From NCBI GenBank assembly GCA_048882325.1, contig JBHLRS010000004.1, positions 19,762 through 83,761 of the forward strand: DNA of 64,000 nucleotides, read 5' to 3'. A program made the translations under genes and the position numbers. Origin of the DNA: Candidatus Thorarchaeota archaeon (GTDB lineage Archaea > Asgardarchaeota > Thorarchaeia > Thorarchaeales > Thorarchaeaceae). This document shows, piece by piece, positions 19,425-30,500 of this stretch. The notes beneath the pieces were generated by a model. That model saw nothing but the letters and a program-made list of their open reading frames with translations. It was not told where the DNA came from and made no database searches. Numbering within the stretch: the stretch's first letter is position 1; the number at the start of each line of letters is the position of its first letter.

Positions 19425-20486
19425 CTATCCATACTTGATTCGTGGGTCCAACACTCCATAGAGGAGGTCCGCCACAAAGTTTGCAAGCACCGCAGTTATC
19501 GCAATGATCATGAAGATTGCTTGAATGACAGGATAATCAAACAACAGTAGACTGTCGAATATGAACCGTCCAAGACCCCGCCATGTGAACACCGTTTCTG
19601 TCAACGTTGCTCCGTTTATCAGGAAACCAAAGGTCATTGCAATGATTGTCACCATTGGCAGCATTGCGTTCTTCAGACCATGCTTGTACAGAACTTGATT
19701 CTCATCCAGACCCTTTGCGCGAGCTGTGAGAATATAGTCCTCTGTCATGACATCAATGAGATTGTTTCGCATATAGAGGAAGTAACCACCATATCCACCA
19801 ACTCCCAGTGTGATCATGGGTAGGAAGAGGTGATGCAAGACATCTCCAGCCACCATTAACGCTCCAAACGGATGCGTACGTGCTGCTTCCCAAACATCAT
19901 AACTTATCGTACCAAACTGGGGAAAGCCAATCCGTACTCCCCAAACAGCATCGGTCCACTCTGGGAGCATGAAGCCAAAGACAAGCAGAAGCATCATTCC
20001 CAACCAGAAGATCGGTAACGCGTAAATGAACAAAGCTACCGTTACGGCACCAACATCTTTTCTTGATCCGGGATCTGCAGCCACCTTGACGCCAGTCCAG
20101 ATACCCAACAGGATAGCTACCATTGAAGATGTTCCCATAAGGAGCAAAGTGTTGGGTAGTCGCTCAACAATCGAGTCCATCACTGGCCGCTGGGTCAGGA
20201 AGGATACTCCAAAGTTACCAGTGAACATACTAACCAAGTATCGCCAGAACATGTAGATCCAGTCAAAGATATCAGGATCAGGTACGAGACCAAAATTAGC
20301 ATACATCTGTTCAAGTAAGTCCTGAGTCAAGTTTCGTCGAAGCTCGTCACTCAGCATTAGGCTGATTGGACTTGCTCCAAAAATGAAAGTGGGCAGTCTG
20401 AACAAGAAGAAGTTGAAACATACTACAGCTACAATTAGTAGTACCATGTAGATGCTCCGTCGGATTATGTATTCACGTAGTCCCAT
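19425..20486 (-). CDS. dppB: Peptide ABC transporter permease DppB/OppB, copy A
   Basis: RLPNTL, EAA loop EDYILTARAKGL, ETVF.W.GLG, LDPRI. Confidence 0.93.
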   Translation of the reverse strand: MGLREYIIRRSIYMVLLIVAVVCFNFFLFRLPTFIFGASPISLMLSDELRRNLTQDLLEQMYANFGLVPDPDIFDWIYMFWRYLVSMFTGNFGVSFLTQRPVMDSIVERLPNTLLLMGTSSMVAILLGIWTGVKVAADPGSRKDVGAVTVALFIYALPIFWLGMMLLLVFGFMLPEWTDAVWGVRIGFPQFGTISYDVWEAARTHPFGALMVAGDVLHHLFLPMITLGVGGYGGYFLYMRNNLIDVMTEDYILTARAKGLDENQVLYKHGLKNAMLPMVTIIAMTFGFLINGATLTETVFTWRGLGRFIFDSLLLFDYPVIQAIFMIIAITAVLANFVADLLYGVLDPRIKYG

Positions 20487-20509
20487 TGCCAGACTCACTC
20501 CGAAAGACA

Positions 20510-20534
20510 ATAGTACCTAGTGACACTAAGTACT
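20510..20534 (-). promoter_or_regulatory. 5'-UTR hairpin of dppB copy A
   Basis: UAGUACUUAGU-GUC-ACUAGGUACUA, conserved with covariation in copy B. Confidence 0.55.
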
Positions 20535-20623
20535 ATGACAGTAAGTACCACGAATATCAACCTAATAAAAGTAATGCTCAAGGCGGATGTAGGGATTTTT
20601 AGTTGAGGTCAAACAACTTTGTG

Positions 20624-20653
20624 AAAAAGGAAAGCTGGGAGCGAAGGCTCCCA
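20624..20653 (-). terminator. Hairpin plus U tract after dppB copy B
   Basis: TGGGAGC/GCTCCCA stem, U-rich tail on the minus strand. Confidence 0.6.
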
Positions 20654-20665
20654 TAGGTATGATTT

Positions 20666-21727
20666 CTATCCGTACTTGATTCGTGGGTCTAACACTCCAT
20701 AAAGAAGGTCTGCTACGAAGTTAGCAAGTACAGCAGTTATAGCAATGATGAGGAAAATTGCTTGTATGACTGGGTAGTCAAATAATAGTAAGCTGTCGAA
20801 AATGAATCGGCCCATACCTCGCCACGTGAACACCGTTTCTGTTAACGTGGCTCCGTCTATAAGAAATCCGAAAGTCATCGCAATGATCGTCACCATTGGC
20901 AGCATCGCATTCTTGAGTCCGTGCTTGTAGAGCACTTGGTTCTCATCAAGACCTTTTGCGCGAGCTGTGAGAATGTAGTCTTCCGTCATGACGTCAATGA
21001 GATTGTTTCGCATATAGAGGAAGTAGCCTCCATAACCACCTACACCCAGAGTTATCATTGGCAAGAACAGGTGATGTAAGAGATCACCTGTGACCATAAG
21101 AGCACCCAATGGATGGGTTCGCGCAACCTCCCAGACATCATAGCTTATCGTTCCGAACTGCGGGAAGCCTATCCTTACCCCCCATACAGCGTCAGTCCAT
21201 TCTGGAAGCATGAAGCCAAAGACAAGCAGAAGCATCATTCCAAGCCAGAAGATTGGTAACGCATAGATGAATAAGGCAACTGAAACCGCACCAACGTCTT
21301 TCCTAGATCCAGGTTCCGCCGCAACTTTTACACCCATCCAAATCCCAAGCAGAATGGAAACCATAGATGAAGTACCCATGAGGAACAGTGTATTGGGTAG
21401 GCGTTCAACAATTGAATCGATTACAGGACGCTGTGTAAGGAATGAAACCCCAAAATTACCAGTGAACATACTCACCAAGTAACGCCAGAACATGTATATC
21501 CAATCAAAGATGTCCGGATCTGGTACGAGGCCAAAATTAGCGTACATCTGCTCTAGTAGGTCCTGTGTAAGATTACGTCTAAGTTCGTCACTAAGCATGA
21601 GACTAATAGGACTTGCACCAAATACAAAAGTAGGCAGTCTAAACAGGAAAAAGTTGAAACAAACTACAGTTATGATAAGTAAAATCATGTAGATGCTTCG
21701 TCGAATTACATACTCTCTTAGTCCCAT
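20666..21727 (-). CDS. dppB: Peptide ABC transporter permease DppB/OppB, copy B
   Basis: About 18 aa differences from copy A over 353 aa. Confidence 0.93.
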   Translation of the reverse strand: MGLREYVIRRSIYMILLIITVVCFNFFLFRLPTFVFGASPISLMLSDELRRNLTQDLLEQMYANFGLVPDPDIFDWIYMFWRYLVSMFTGNFGVSFLTQRPVIDSIVERLPNTLFLMGTSSMVSILLGIWMGVKVAAEPGSRKDVGAVSVALFIYALPIFWLGMMLLLVFGFMLPEWTDAVWGVRIGFPQFGTISYDVWEVARTHPLGALMVTGDLLHHLFLPMITLGVGGYGGYFLYMRNNLIDVMTEDYILTARAKGLDENQVLYKHGLKNAMLPMVTIIAMTFGFLIDGATLTETVFTWRGMGRFIFDSLLLFDYPVIQAIFLIIAITAVLANFVADLLYGVLDPRIKYG

Positions 21728-21752
21728 TTTTATTTCACACCGGATACTTGAT

Positions 21753-21775
21753 AATACCTAGCGTCGCTAAGTACT
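21753..21775 (-). promoter_or_regulatory. 5'-UTR hairpin of dppB copy B
   Basis: AGUACUUAGC-GAC-GCUAGGUAUU. Confidence 0.55.
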
Positions 21776-21835
21776 GAAACAAAAGATGTGTTAAACCTCT
21801 GCTTAATAAACGTAATGCTCACGGCGAAGACTTGT

Positions 21836-21874
21836 AGAAAAAGAATAGGAGGGAGGAGGTTTTAGAAAACCTCC
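21836..21874 (-). terminator. Hairpin plus CU/U tract after dppC
   Basis: GGAGGTTT/AAACCTCC stem then UCCCUCCUAUUCUUUUUUCU. Confidence 0.55.
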
Positions 21875-21889
21875 ATTCTCCTCTAGAGA

Positions 21890-23482
21890 TTATCTCTCCC
21901 TGAGTCGTGGATTTAGGACCTGGTCTAATGTGTGTCCGACGAAGGTGAAGGACAACGACAATAACGTGATCATCAGTCCTGGGAATAATACAACCCACCA
22001 AGCTCCTGTTGTAAACGCGCCACCTGTTCTTGCATCAGCAAGCATGCGGCCCCAACTTGGATCTTCTGGGTCTGTTAGTCCGAGGAATGAAAGACCTGCC
22101 TCAGAGAGGATAGCTCCAACCACTCCTAGTGTGATGTTAGCAAAGAGGATTGGTGTTACGTTAGGCAAGATGTGTCGAAACATGATGTACGTGTCAGACG
22201 CACCTATTGCCCTAGCTGATTCGACATAGGCCTTGTTCTTCTCCGCCAGGACCTGAGACCGTATCAACCGAGACGTTCCAGTCCATCCTAATATTGCGAT
22301 AACGATGATGATGTTTTCAATCGACGCTCCGAGGAACGCCGCAAGCACCATCATCAACGGTAAGCCGGGGATGACTAACAGAAAGTCTACTATACGCATT
22401 AGTACTTCGTCGACTTTGCCACCGAAGTACCCGGCAACCATTCCTACAATAACTCCCACCGCTGTGGAAAGTGCAGTGGCTAATATTCCAATGATCAGTG
22501 AGATTCGGCTACCGTAAATGAGCTGCGAATACGCATCGGCACCCCAGTTAGTAGTACCCATAAGACCGAAGTACTCACCATATGCAACCATTTTGAGATT
22601 GGTAAAGGTGAAGGTCACTGAACCAGTGTAATTACGCCAAGCTTCAATCGAGTAGCCATCAAAAGCGTTGTAATAGAAGTAGAAATTGTCTGTAGGAGCA
22701 AGAGCAGCAACAATTCGAACAAAGTTATCAGGATCTTCTTGTGTTCCATTGACAGTAATCATACCATCGAACACATCCTTGATACTCAAGTAGTTCAGAC
22801 TGATTCGCTTCTCTTGTACTTGGTCAGTGTAAGTAGCTTCTCTTGATGAGTATACTCTAACCCATTCACCACTTGAATCAATCAACCAAACGTAAACTCG
22901 GAACATGAGATTATTGTAGGGTTGAGCCCCAGCAGCAAAATCACCAGTCAAATGTGTCGAATACGAGATTGACATATTGACGTCACTTGGCCGGTTATTG
23001 TATGGCCAATCAAAGTCAACCTCAAAGTATGCGAACTCACCGAATGAAGGTAGAATCTCATCAGGATCCTCACCCCAATATTCTAGCTCCGTGCCAGCTG
23101 TATGCGACCATGTCAGATTCACGTAACTTTGGTTGTTCGTTGGGCTAATAGGCGCATGCGCACCCGAAAATTCACCACTCGATCCGTTCCCACGGATTAT
23201 TGGCTCCTGTGAGAGAGTCGGATCAGTAACGAGTTCTCCAGTAACAACACCAGTGGGATCAAAAACTGAAAGCCAAGAAGGTGCGAGGTATGTTGGAGCA
23301 ACCTTAGCCTGCGGCGTTGGATCATGAGTAGCAAGGTAAGGAGCGAAGACAGCCATCCCAAAGAAAATGAACATGATTCCAAGTCCAATAAGTCCAATTC
23401 TATGCTTGCGATATTCTCTCCAAAAGTTGGTAATGCCAACGTACCAGTTGCTATCTTTCCAACCTTTTTCTGTTCTAGACAA
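21890..23482 (-). CDS. dppC: Peptide ABC transporter permease DppC/OppC with a large extracytoplasmic insertion
   Basis: APYLA, GTTNWGAD..QLIYGSRISL, YVESARAIGAS, SWGRML, LNPR; ~230 aa extra loop. Confidence 0.92.
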   Translation of the reverse strand: MSRTEKGWKDSNWYVGITNFWREYRKHRIGLIGLGIMFIFFGMAVFAPYLATHDPTPQAKVAPTYLAPSWLSVFDPTGVVTGELVTDPTLSQEPIIRGNGSSGEFSGAHAPISPTNNQSYVNLTWSHTAGTELEYWGEDPDEILPSFGEFAYFEVDFDWPYNNRPSDVNMSISYSTHLTGDFAAGAQPYNNLMFRVYVWLIDSSGEWVRVYSSREATYTDQVQEKRISLNYLSIKDVFDGMITVNGTQEDPDNFVRIVAALAPTDNFYFYYNAFDGYSIEAWRNYTGSVTFTFTNLKMVAYGEYFGLMGTTNWGADAYSQLIYGSRISLIIGILATALSTAVGVIVGMVAGYFGGKVDEVLMRIVDFLLVIPGLPLMMVLAAFLGASIENIIIVIAILGWTGTSRLIRSQVLAEKNKAYVESARAIGASDTYIMFRHILPNVTPILFANITLGVVGAILSEAGLSFLGLTDPEDPSWGRMLADARTGGAFTTGAWWVVLFPGLMITLLSLSFTFVGHTLDQVLNPRLRER

Positions 23483-23640
23483 ATGATATCCTCCATTTTA
23501 GGGACTGAGTCAAAGCCATCCGGGAAGGTGGGAAGGAAGTGAACCAATCCCCGGTCTCGTCTAATAATTTGAAAACCCCGAAATTTCCCTAAAAAAGCAA
23601 TTGGTTCGGGTAGACGAAATTAGTTCGGGTATGCAACCAT

Positions 23641-23979
23641 CTACTCATCACCATAGGCTTCCTCAAATGGATCCTCATCTATCTCCTCTACCACTTCGGT
23701 TTCGAGACCTCTCTCTTCTCTTGCTTTAATAATGTCCTTCGTCCGTCGATGGGCAGCCCAGAGATCGGCAAAGACCATTCCAACTAAGAACACAACAAGA
23801 ACGCCAGTTAAGGAGAGAATTGCACCAAAGAACTGCAGAGGGAAAAAACCAAAGATCCACCATCCTGTAAGCATCCAATATCCAAGAACAATTAGTACAA
23901 CTGGTACCAAGAGGATCCGTTTTCGTGGTTCGTTCCTTGTTCGGGGAAATGACCTAATCTCTGGCATTGATATCAACAA
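23641..23979 (-). CDS. Small two-TM membrane protein with acidic tail
   Basis: Two hydrophobic segments, acidic C-terminus. Confidence 0.6.
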   Translation of the reverse strand: MLISMPEIRSFPRTRNEPRKRILLVPVVLIVLGYWMLTGWWIFGFFPLQFFGAILSLTGVLVVFLVGMVFADLWAAHRRTKDIIKAREERGLETEVVEEIDEDPFEEAYGDE

Positions 23980-24188
23980 CTTTCGTAGGAAGTGAATTGC
24001 CTTTTACCTTTTCTAAACCAGCCTAGGAGGAATTCCAAAATTCACAATCGTAATTACTCTTGAACTGTGCGTCCGCTGATGAATGTCTTTGAAAGCAACA
24101 TATTTAAGCCAACCATCGGGCAACGATACCCCACAAGGGTGAGGTGATTCCACGCCCAGAGCTATATGGCTCGATGGAGTTTACAAAC

Positions 24189-25178
24189 ATGCCCCTGCTA
24201 GATATTAGGAACCTACGCATGTACTATCAGACTCAGAAGGGTCTGGTAAAAGCGGTCGATGATGTTTCTCTCACACTTGAGCCGGGAGAGTCTATTGGGC
24301 TTGCAGGTGAGTCAGGTTGCGGAAAGAGTAGCTTGGCTTATTCAATCATGCAACTCCTTCCTCCAGCGGCTAATATTGTCGGAGGGAATGTCTATTTCAA
24401 AGGAGATGACCTGATTCGTAAGACTGCAAAGGAGATGCGGGATATCCGATGGAAGAATGTAGCGATAGTCTTCCAGGGTGCGATGAACGCGTTAAATCCC
24501 GTTTTCGAGATAGGAGAACAGATTGCTGAAGCTATCCTCATGCACGAAAATGTGACAGAGGAAGAGGCACTTGATCGATGTGCAAAGCTGTTTGAAATGG
24601 TTGGTCTTGACCCTGGTCGAATTCATAACTACCCTCACGAATTCTCGGGGGGTATGAGACAAAGGGCAATGATCGCAATGGCTCTTGCTTGCAACCCAGA
24701 CTTAGTAATTGCAGACGAGCCGACAACCGCGCTAGACGTCACAATCCAAGCACAGATTCTGAAGCTCATGCAGAAGCTCCAAAAAGACTTGGGTCTATCA
24801 CTCATCCTGATCACACACGACCTAAGTGTTATCGCTGAAACATGTGACAAGACAGCTATCATGTACGCAGGCAAAATTGCAGAGCTTGCAGATGTGGTAT
24901 CGGTTTTCAAGGACCCAGTGCATCCATACGCAACAGGACTAGTGGGAGCAATTCCTAGCATGGTCAAAGCCGAGAAGAAAACACTCACCTCAATTCCTGG
25001 CTCACCGCCTGACCTTATCGCGCCTCCATCAGGATGTCGTTTCCATCCCAGATGCCCATATGCACAGGACATCTGTTCAAAGGAGGACCCATCCTTTGAT
25101 GAGATTGAACCTGACAGGTTTGTGGCCTGTCATTTCGCAGAGCAACTCAAAGGCGAGATTGATTTAGACCTGGGGTGA
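24189..25178 (+). CDS. dppD: Peptide ABC transporter ATPase DppD/OppD
   Basis: GESGCGKS, FSGGMRQR, DEPTTALD, GCRFHPRC. Confidence 0.95.
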   Translation: MPLLDIRNLRMYYQTQKGLVKAVDDVSLTLEPGESIGLAGESGCGKSSLAYSIMQLLPPAANIVGGNVYFKGDDLIRKTAKEMRDIRWKNVAIVFQGAMNALNPVFEIGEQIAEAILMHENVTEEEALDRCAKLFEMVGLDPGRIHNYPHEFSGGMRQRAMIAMALACNPDLVIADEPTTALDVTIQAQILKLMQKLQKDLGLSLILITHDLSVIAETCDKTAIMYAGKIAELADVVSVFKDPVHPYATGLVGAIPSMVKAEKKTLTSIPGSPPDLIAPPSGCRFHPRCPYAQDICSKEDPSFDEIEPDRFVACHFAEQLKGEIDLDLG

Positions 25179-25181
25179 TTA

Positions 25182-26243
25182 ATGATGACAATTGATGAAA
25201 CACGAGTTCTAGAGGGTTCCTCAGATATTCAAGATGGTGAAACTCTCATTTCTGTGAAGAACATGCGAAAGTGGTTCCCAGTCAATACTGGTTTTCTCTC
25301 ATCCATGCTTTACAAGCAGGAGCTATTCGTGAAAGCTGTTGATGGAGTCACATTCGACATCATTAAGGGTGAAGTACTTGTACTTGCAGGGGAAAGTGGT
25401 TGCGGAAAGACAACAACTGGTAGATGTGTACTTCACCTAGAAACTCCAACTGATGGCGATGTGATCTATGCTGGTCAGAACTTGGCCACGCTTGACCGAA
25501 ACGAGATCAAGGAACTGCGAAAGCGAATGCAAATTACATTCCAGGATCCTTATGAATCACTCAATCCCAAACAGAGTATTTTCAGTATTGTTGAAGAACC
25601 TCTATTGGTTCACAAGATACCACTTTCACCCAGCCAGAGGCGTCTGAGAGTTCTTGAGTCGCTAGAGAGTGTCGCACTCACACCAGCTGAAGACTACATC
25701 GACAGGTTTCCTCACGAACTTTCGGGTGGGCAAAGACAGAGAATCTCAGTGGCCCGAGCGTTGATTCTTCACCCTGAGTTCATGGTTGCTGACGAACCTG
25801 TATCAATGCTCGATGTGTCTATCCGTGCTGAGATTCTGAACCTACTACTCACACTGAGGGAGGAACTTAGTCTCACCTACCTGTTCATCACACACGACTT
25901 GGCTGTAGCAACATACATTGCAGACAGAATCGGAATCATGTACTTGGGAAAAATCATGGAGATTGGTCCAGCACATGAGGTTGCGTTTAACCCGATGCAC
26001 CCTTACACTCGAGCGCTTATTTCAGCAGTCCCATCTGGAGACCCAACAGTGAAGCGAAGAGTCGAGTCCCTTAAAGGTGAACCACCAAGTCCAATCAATG
26101 TCCCTTCAGGCTGTCGTTTTCATCCACGATGTCCATACGCACAGGAGATCTGTGTCAGAGAAATCCCTGAGGATCGCGATATGGGTGAAGGTCATTTTGT
26201 AGCATGTCACTTTGCAGGCGAGCTACCTGATGCCCAGCTGTGA
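25182..26243 (+). CDS. dppF: Peptide ABC transporter ATPase DppF/OppF
   Basis: GESGCGKT, LSGGQRQR, DEPVSMLD, GCRFHPRC. Confidence 0.95.
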   Translation: MMTIDETRVLEGSSDIQDGETLISVKNMRKWFPVNTGFLSSMLYKQELFVKAVDGVTFDIIKGEVLVLAGESGCGKTTTGRCVLHLETPTDGDVIYAGQNLATLDRNEIKELRKRMQITFQDPYESLNPKQSIFSIVEEPLLVHKIPLSPSQRRLRVLESLESVALTPAEDYIDRFPHELSGGQRQRISVARALILHPEFMVADEPVSMLDVSIRAEILNLLLTLREELSLTYLFITHDLAVATYIADRIGIMYLGKIMEIGPAHEVAFNPMHPYTRALISAVPSGDPTVKRRVESLKGEPPSPINVPSGCRFHPRCPYAQEICVREIPEDRDMGEGHFVACHFAGELPDAQL

Positions 26244-26260
26244 TCATAATGATGTTAATT

Positions 26261-26302
26261 CACGGGTGCCCATTGGCCACCCGTGTTCCTTTCTTCTTTT
26301 TC
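26261..26302 (+). terminator. Hairpin plus U tract after dppF
   Basis: CACGGGTG/CACCCGTG then TTCCTTTCTTCTTTTTTC. Confidence 0.7.
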
Positions 26303-26318
26303 AAATCCATGAGGTGAA

Positions 26319-26759
26319 ATGATGACTGAGGATGAAGATAGACCAAGAATTCTCAGAGCAATCAAGAAATGCCTTGTGGATGGTGATGGATATTTCGAGG
26401 CGGCTCAGGACGCACTGGATGAAATGTTCAAGGGGTCAGTTGGTGTAGGGATGACACCGCTTGTCGGTGGGTACGCAATTAAGGATGACAAGGAACACTA
26501 TCGTCATGCTTTGATCAATGTTGACTCTGCTGAGAAAGCATTACTACCGCTCACAAAGCGGTTCAGGGATGGGAGGGTGAATGAATCACACTTCAAGTCT
26601 GAAAAAGCAATGGTTATTCTTGGCGATATAGCAGGAATGGATTATGACCTATTGATTAAGATGCTAGTTGAGCAGAGAGGACGAGAGTCCACTTGGTATC
26701 GACTAAAGGAGCTTCGTGAGAAGATATCCGAACTAATCGAACTCATCGCAGACGCATGA
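26319..26759 (+). CDS. Alpha-helical hypothetical protein
   Basis: SD GAGGTG, 146 aa ORF. Confidence 0.7.
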   Translation: MMTEDEDRPRILRAIKKCLVDGDGYFEAAQDALDEMFKGSVGVGMTPLVGGYAIKDDKEHYRHALINVDSAEKALLPLTKRFRDGRVNESHFKSEKAMVILGDIAGMDYDLLIKMLVEQRGRESTWYRLKELREKISELIELIADA

Positions 26760-26828
26760 TGATGTGTAGAGCTAACAAAGATAATAACGATTCAATCGCA
26801 ATCCCTGACAATGGGCAACCCTTAGTGA

Positions 26829-27509
26829 GTGGTCGTGACCTTGAGTAAATCCAATAATCAGCGAAGTCTTCTCAATGAGCTTGAGAGAACAGAGGGTGTT
26901 TTGCAGGATTTACTCTCGACTCTAGCAGGTTTGAATATGTTGTTAAAGCCAATAGAACAGGAAATGAAAGTCACTGATTTTGCTTCAAGTGGGGAGTATG
27001 TGCAAGGGGTGTCCAAGGGAGTCGTCTGTGTTCTTACAGGACTTATTCAGGGAGACCCACTGCAAAAGATCTTGGCTGAGAAAGGGAGGGGAAGAAACAT
27101 CCCAGCCCTCATCAAAGCTGGTGACCGTACTGAATCGCAAGTGACAGTTGAAAGTGTTGTAAATATGCTTCATGCGGAAGACCAGAAACAACGATTGGAA
27201 TTTGTGATTAATCTGAGGTGGGCAGAACTTCCATCTCCATTAGAGAGGAATAGGGTAGTTGTTAGAGGAGATAGGTTCGTTAGTGGAAAACAAATCATAT
27301 TGAGGAAATTAGAGAATGAGTTAGAAGAACTTGGTTTAGTGGTGACCGTCGACCAGGGTGAGTTTGGCGGAGGTCCATTAGTCTATGAGATTATAAGATC
27401 GTTCCGCGAAATCCATGATCTATTGGTAGCAGAGCTGACACTATCTCGCGAAGTTGTGGAAAATGATGCTCTTGTAATTCAGATGTTGAACATGCTAGCT
27501 TCTTTCTAG
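26829..27509 (+). CDS. Coiled-coil plus degenerate N-formylglutamate amidohydrolase (Zn-peptidase-fold)-like protein
   Basis: C-terminal LGLVVTVDQGEFGGGPL...LVAELTLSRE resembles the FGase C-terminus; metal ligands not evident. Confidence 0.45.
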   Translation: MVVTLSKSNNQRSLLNELERTEGVLQDLLSTLAGLNMLLKPIEQEMKVTDFASSGEYVQGVSKGVVCVLTGLIQGDPLQKILAEKGRGRNIPALIKAGDRTESQVTVESVVNMLHAEDQKQRLEFVINLRWAELPSPLERNRVVVRGDRFVSGKQIILRKLENELEELGLVVTVDQGEFGGGPLVYEIIRSFREIHDLLVAELTLSREVVENDALVIQMLNMLASF

Positions 27510-27518
27510 GTGTGTTTT

Positions 27519-30500
27519 ATGAGCTCTGAAAAAGAAGGTGAGATGCAACTACCATTTCCCCATGGAATAGAAGTCGAGCTCCAAGTGATTCGGAAAGACG
27601 GGACGTGGATTCGTGGTGAGGACATTCTTCAGGTATTCGACAAAATTGTTTCCAGTGCAAAGAGCTTGCTAGACAAGAAGATACGGGCATCATCTGTTGA
27701 ATCTGTAAAACGAAAGTACAAGCTGTCAGCGCAGACTGAGGAGGGTGAAAGAGGCTCGAGGATTGTAGCAACCTATGATAATCCTAATGGTGAGGCTACA
27801 GAGTATACTCTCTTAGGTCACGACCCCAATGTGACCAGCTTGACCTGGATACTTGAAGTTGCGACACCACCATGTACAACACTCGAAGAACTCGCTTGGT
27901 GGGTTCAGACATTAATAGCAATTTCACAAGAGTCTTTGCCAGTAGACTCGAAGGCGGTACTTGTCTCAACAGGATTGAATCCGACCCAAGAGTACCTGAG
28001 AAATCTCTCCTTTGGTGAACATCATCATATACTTGGTAAAAGTACTGACGAGAGGACAAAGATTGCAGTCTACAATATGCTACGAAATTTCCTTCCGCAC
28101 CTCATTGCACTTTCTGTCAACTCACCATTTGAGAACAAGAAGCCAAGCGATGAGGTTACTATATCTGAGGATGGTCGAGTACGTGCACCACGATGCAAGA
28201 GGTCTATTAGACTATTCAGAAACACGACACAGATGGGTCCAACAAATGAGTTTGAGTTGATTCCTTATCTTCGAGGTTCAGATAAAGAAGCTTTCGCGCG
28301 ACATGTCAACCGAAGCTACGCTCGCATGGTGGATATGTATCCGTTTACTGATTATGGAACAATCGAAGTGCGCGTCTTCGACACGCAGCTTTCGATCCCT
28401 AGGCGTATGGGATTGGCATTATTGCTACAAGCATTAGCCCTCAAAGCGAAAAGAATGGTTGAGAGAGGAGAAACAATACCGGATGTGGGACCAAAGACAC
28501 TTGCAGCCAACAGAGCTTCAGCCTTGTCTGCAGGACTATGGGGACCGTTTCGACCTAGTGAAAAGACGATGGAGTCAGACTACGTTAGAATTTACAATCA
28601 CCAAATCGCAGATGACGGTCTGATCAACGAAGGCAAGAAGAACAGGTTTCTTGGTGACGCAGTAGTTTCAATGTTGTATCTGATTAGAACTGAACTTGAA
28701 GATTTGAATGTCATTGAGAATCCATTCATGCAAGCTCTCCTTGTTTCAGTGTATGGAAGTGAATATGCTGAACCAAGAACAACTGGTGCGGATTTTCAGT
28801 TAGAGGTGTTTGCTAAATCGGACAACAATATGGTTGTGTTGATGAAACGATTGTCAGAGGTGACACGAGAATGCAGCACTAATTGGCTCTACGACCCGAT
28901 TCAAGGTTCTCCGCATTTACCCACATGGCTATGCTGGTGGAAAGGTCTTGAGCCTGAGATTGTGCACGATGCAGAGAGGGTCTTTGCAGGGCAAGATGTC
29001 CAATTCAATATTCTAGCTAGGAACTTTACAGGAAGGGCACTTGAGAGCATCACAATCACGTATTCAATTGAAGATTCAGAACGAAATGTTGTCGAGAATA
29101 ATGTCCTTACAATTCCAAGTATTCAGGATGGAGAGATACACGTTTCCCAAGTGTCATTTCAGACAAGAAAGAATATCCCGGCATACAACATCATTGCTGA
29201 AGTGGGTTTTGTTGGTAGAGTCATCAATCTTACCAGCACAATCAACATGTATTGGATGAAAGCTGAAATAAGACCTGGAACAACCACTCAGTTTGCTGAT
29301 GGTAAGACACCAGTCCTCTTCAATGGTCAGATTGAAACGAATTTTCCGACACAGACTACAGTTCAGTGTCAGGTCAGTGTTATTGCTCCTGGTATGGAGA
29401 AGGTTTTGGTATCCTCAAAAGACAATATTCTGGTTGATAACGGTGAAGCAACCAAACTTGACAACACGAAATTTCTGCCCATTCTTGTCCCATCAGATGC
29501 AGCTGATGGAGTTGAACGATGTATACTTCAGCTTAGTCTCTTTAATCAAGATGGGACCGAGATCGCAGAAGCCGTTTCCAAACCATTCTATGTTGGCTTT
29601 GTGAAGAGAGGACCACAAGTTGTTTTGAATACAGACTTAACAGGTACATACAAACTTGGTGACCTGATTTCAGGAGAAATCCTTGTCACTAACTTGGGAA
29701 AACGGATCCCAACTGACACACGGTTACTGCTAGAGTTCAAGAGCGACTCTGGTCGTACGCACCTCATAGAGGAGTTTCTTAAGGAGGAATTTACAGCTGG
29801 AGCAGTGGGATTTCATTGGAAGATACCCATATTGCTAATTGAAAGTTCAGCTGATAGAGTGGGTATCATCAAAGCATCACTCAGGCAGAAAGGACAAATC
29901 GTTGCTTCTGCAGAGTCTGAAAGACTCAGAATTGAGCAGGTCACAGCTAGGGTCAACATTGATTCACTCCGGGTTCCCAAACGTGCGCATATAGGAGGTA
30001 AGGTTTCAGGCTGGCTTAGAATTAGAAGGAACACAGAGAGTGGAGAACCTGCAATACTCAACATGACGTTCGTTTTTCCAGATGGTGATGAGCACCATGT
30101 GTTAAGCCAACCCGTCAAACAGAGTAAGAATTTATCAATCGCCTTTGGTCCGATAGTCATCCCTGCGCCTCGTGTGACTGCAAACCACAAAGGTGTAACA
30201 CTGGTGGCTACACTGAGCTATGCTGGAGTTGAGGTTGATAGGAGGTCAAGTGACATAGACCTCATGGGTGGGCCTCAGATGGATATGGCTCAGATTGAGT
30301 TTGTTGGTCTTCCCAATTTCACAGCGCCTGATGATCTAATTCAGCCAACAGTCCAAGTAATCAGTAATGTTGAGAAGAAGAAGTCGTGCATTATAACAGT
30401 TGAATTGGAATCAGTTGGTGGAAACAGCGAGCTCCTCACACAGGAGATAGAACTTGAGCCGGGGAAGGAACGTTTGTTCCCTGTGCCGGTGAGAATCCCA

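Noticed and set aside
19425-21727. Duplicate dppB as an assembly artefact or mobile element
   Set aside because: Extensive synonymous divergence, with no terminal repeats or transposase
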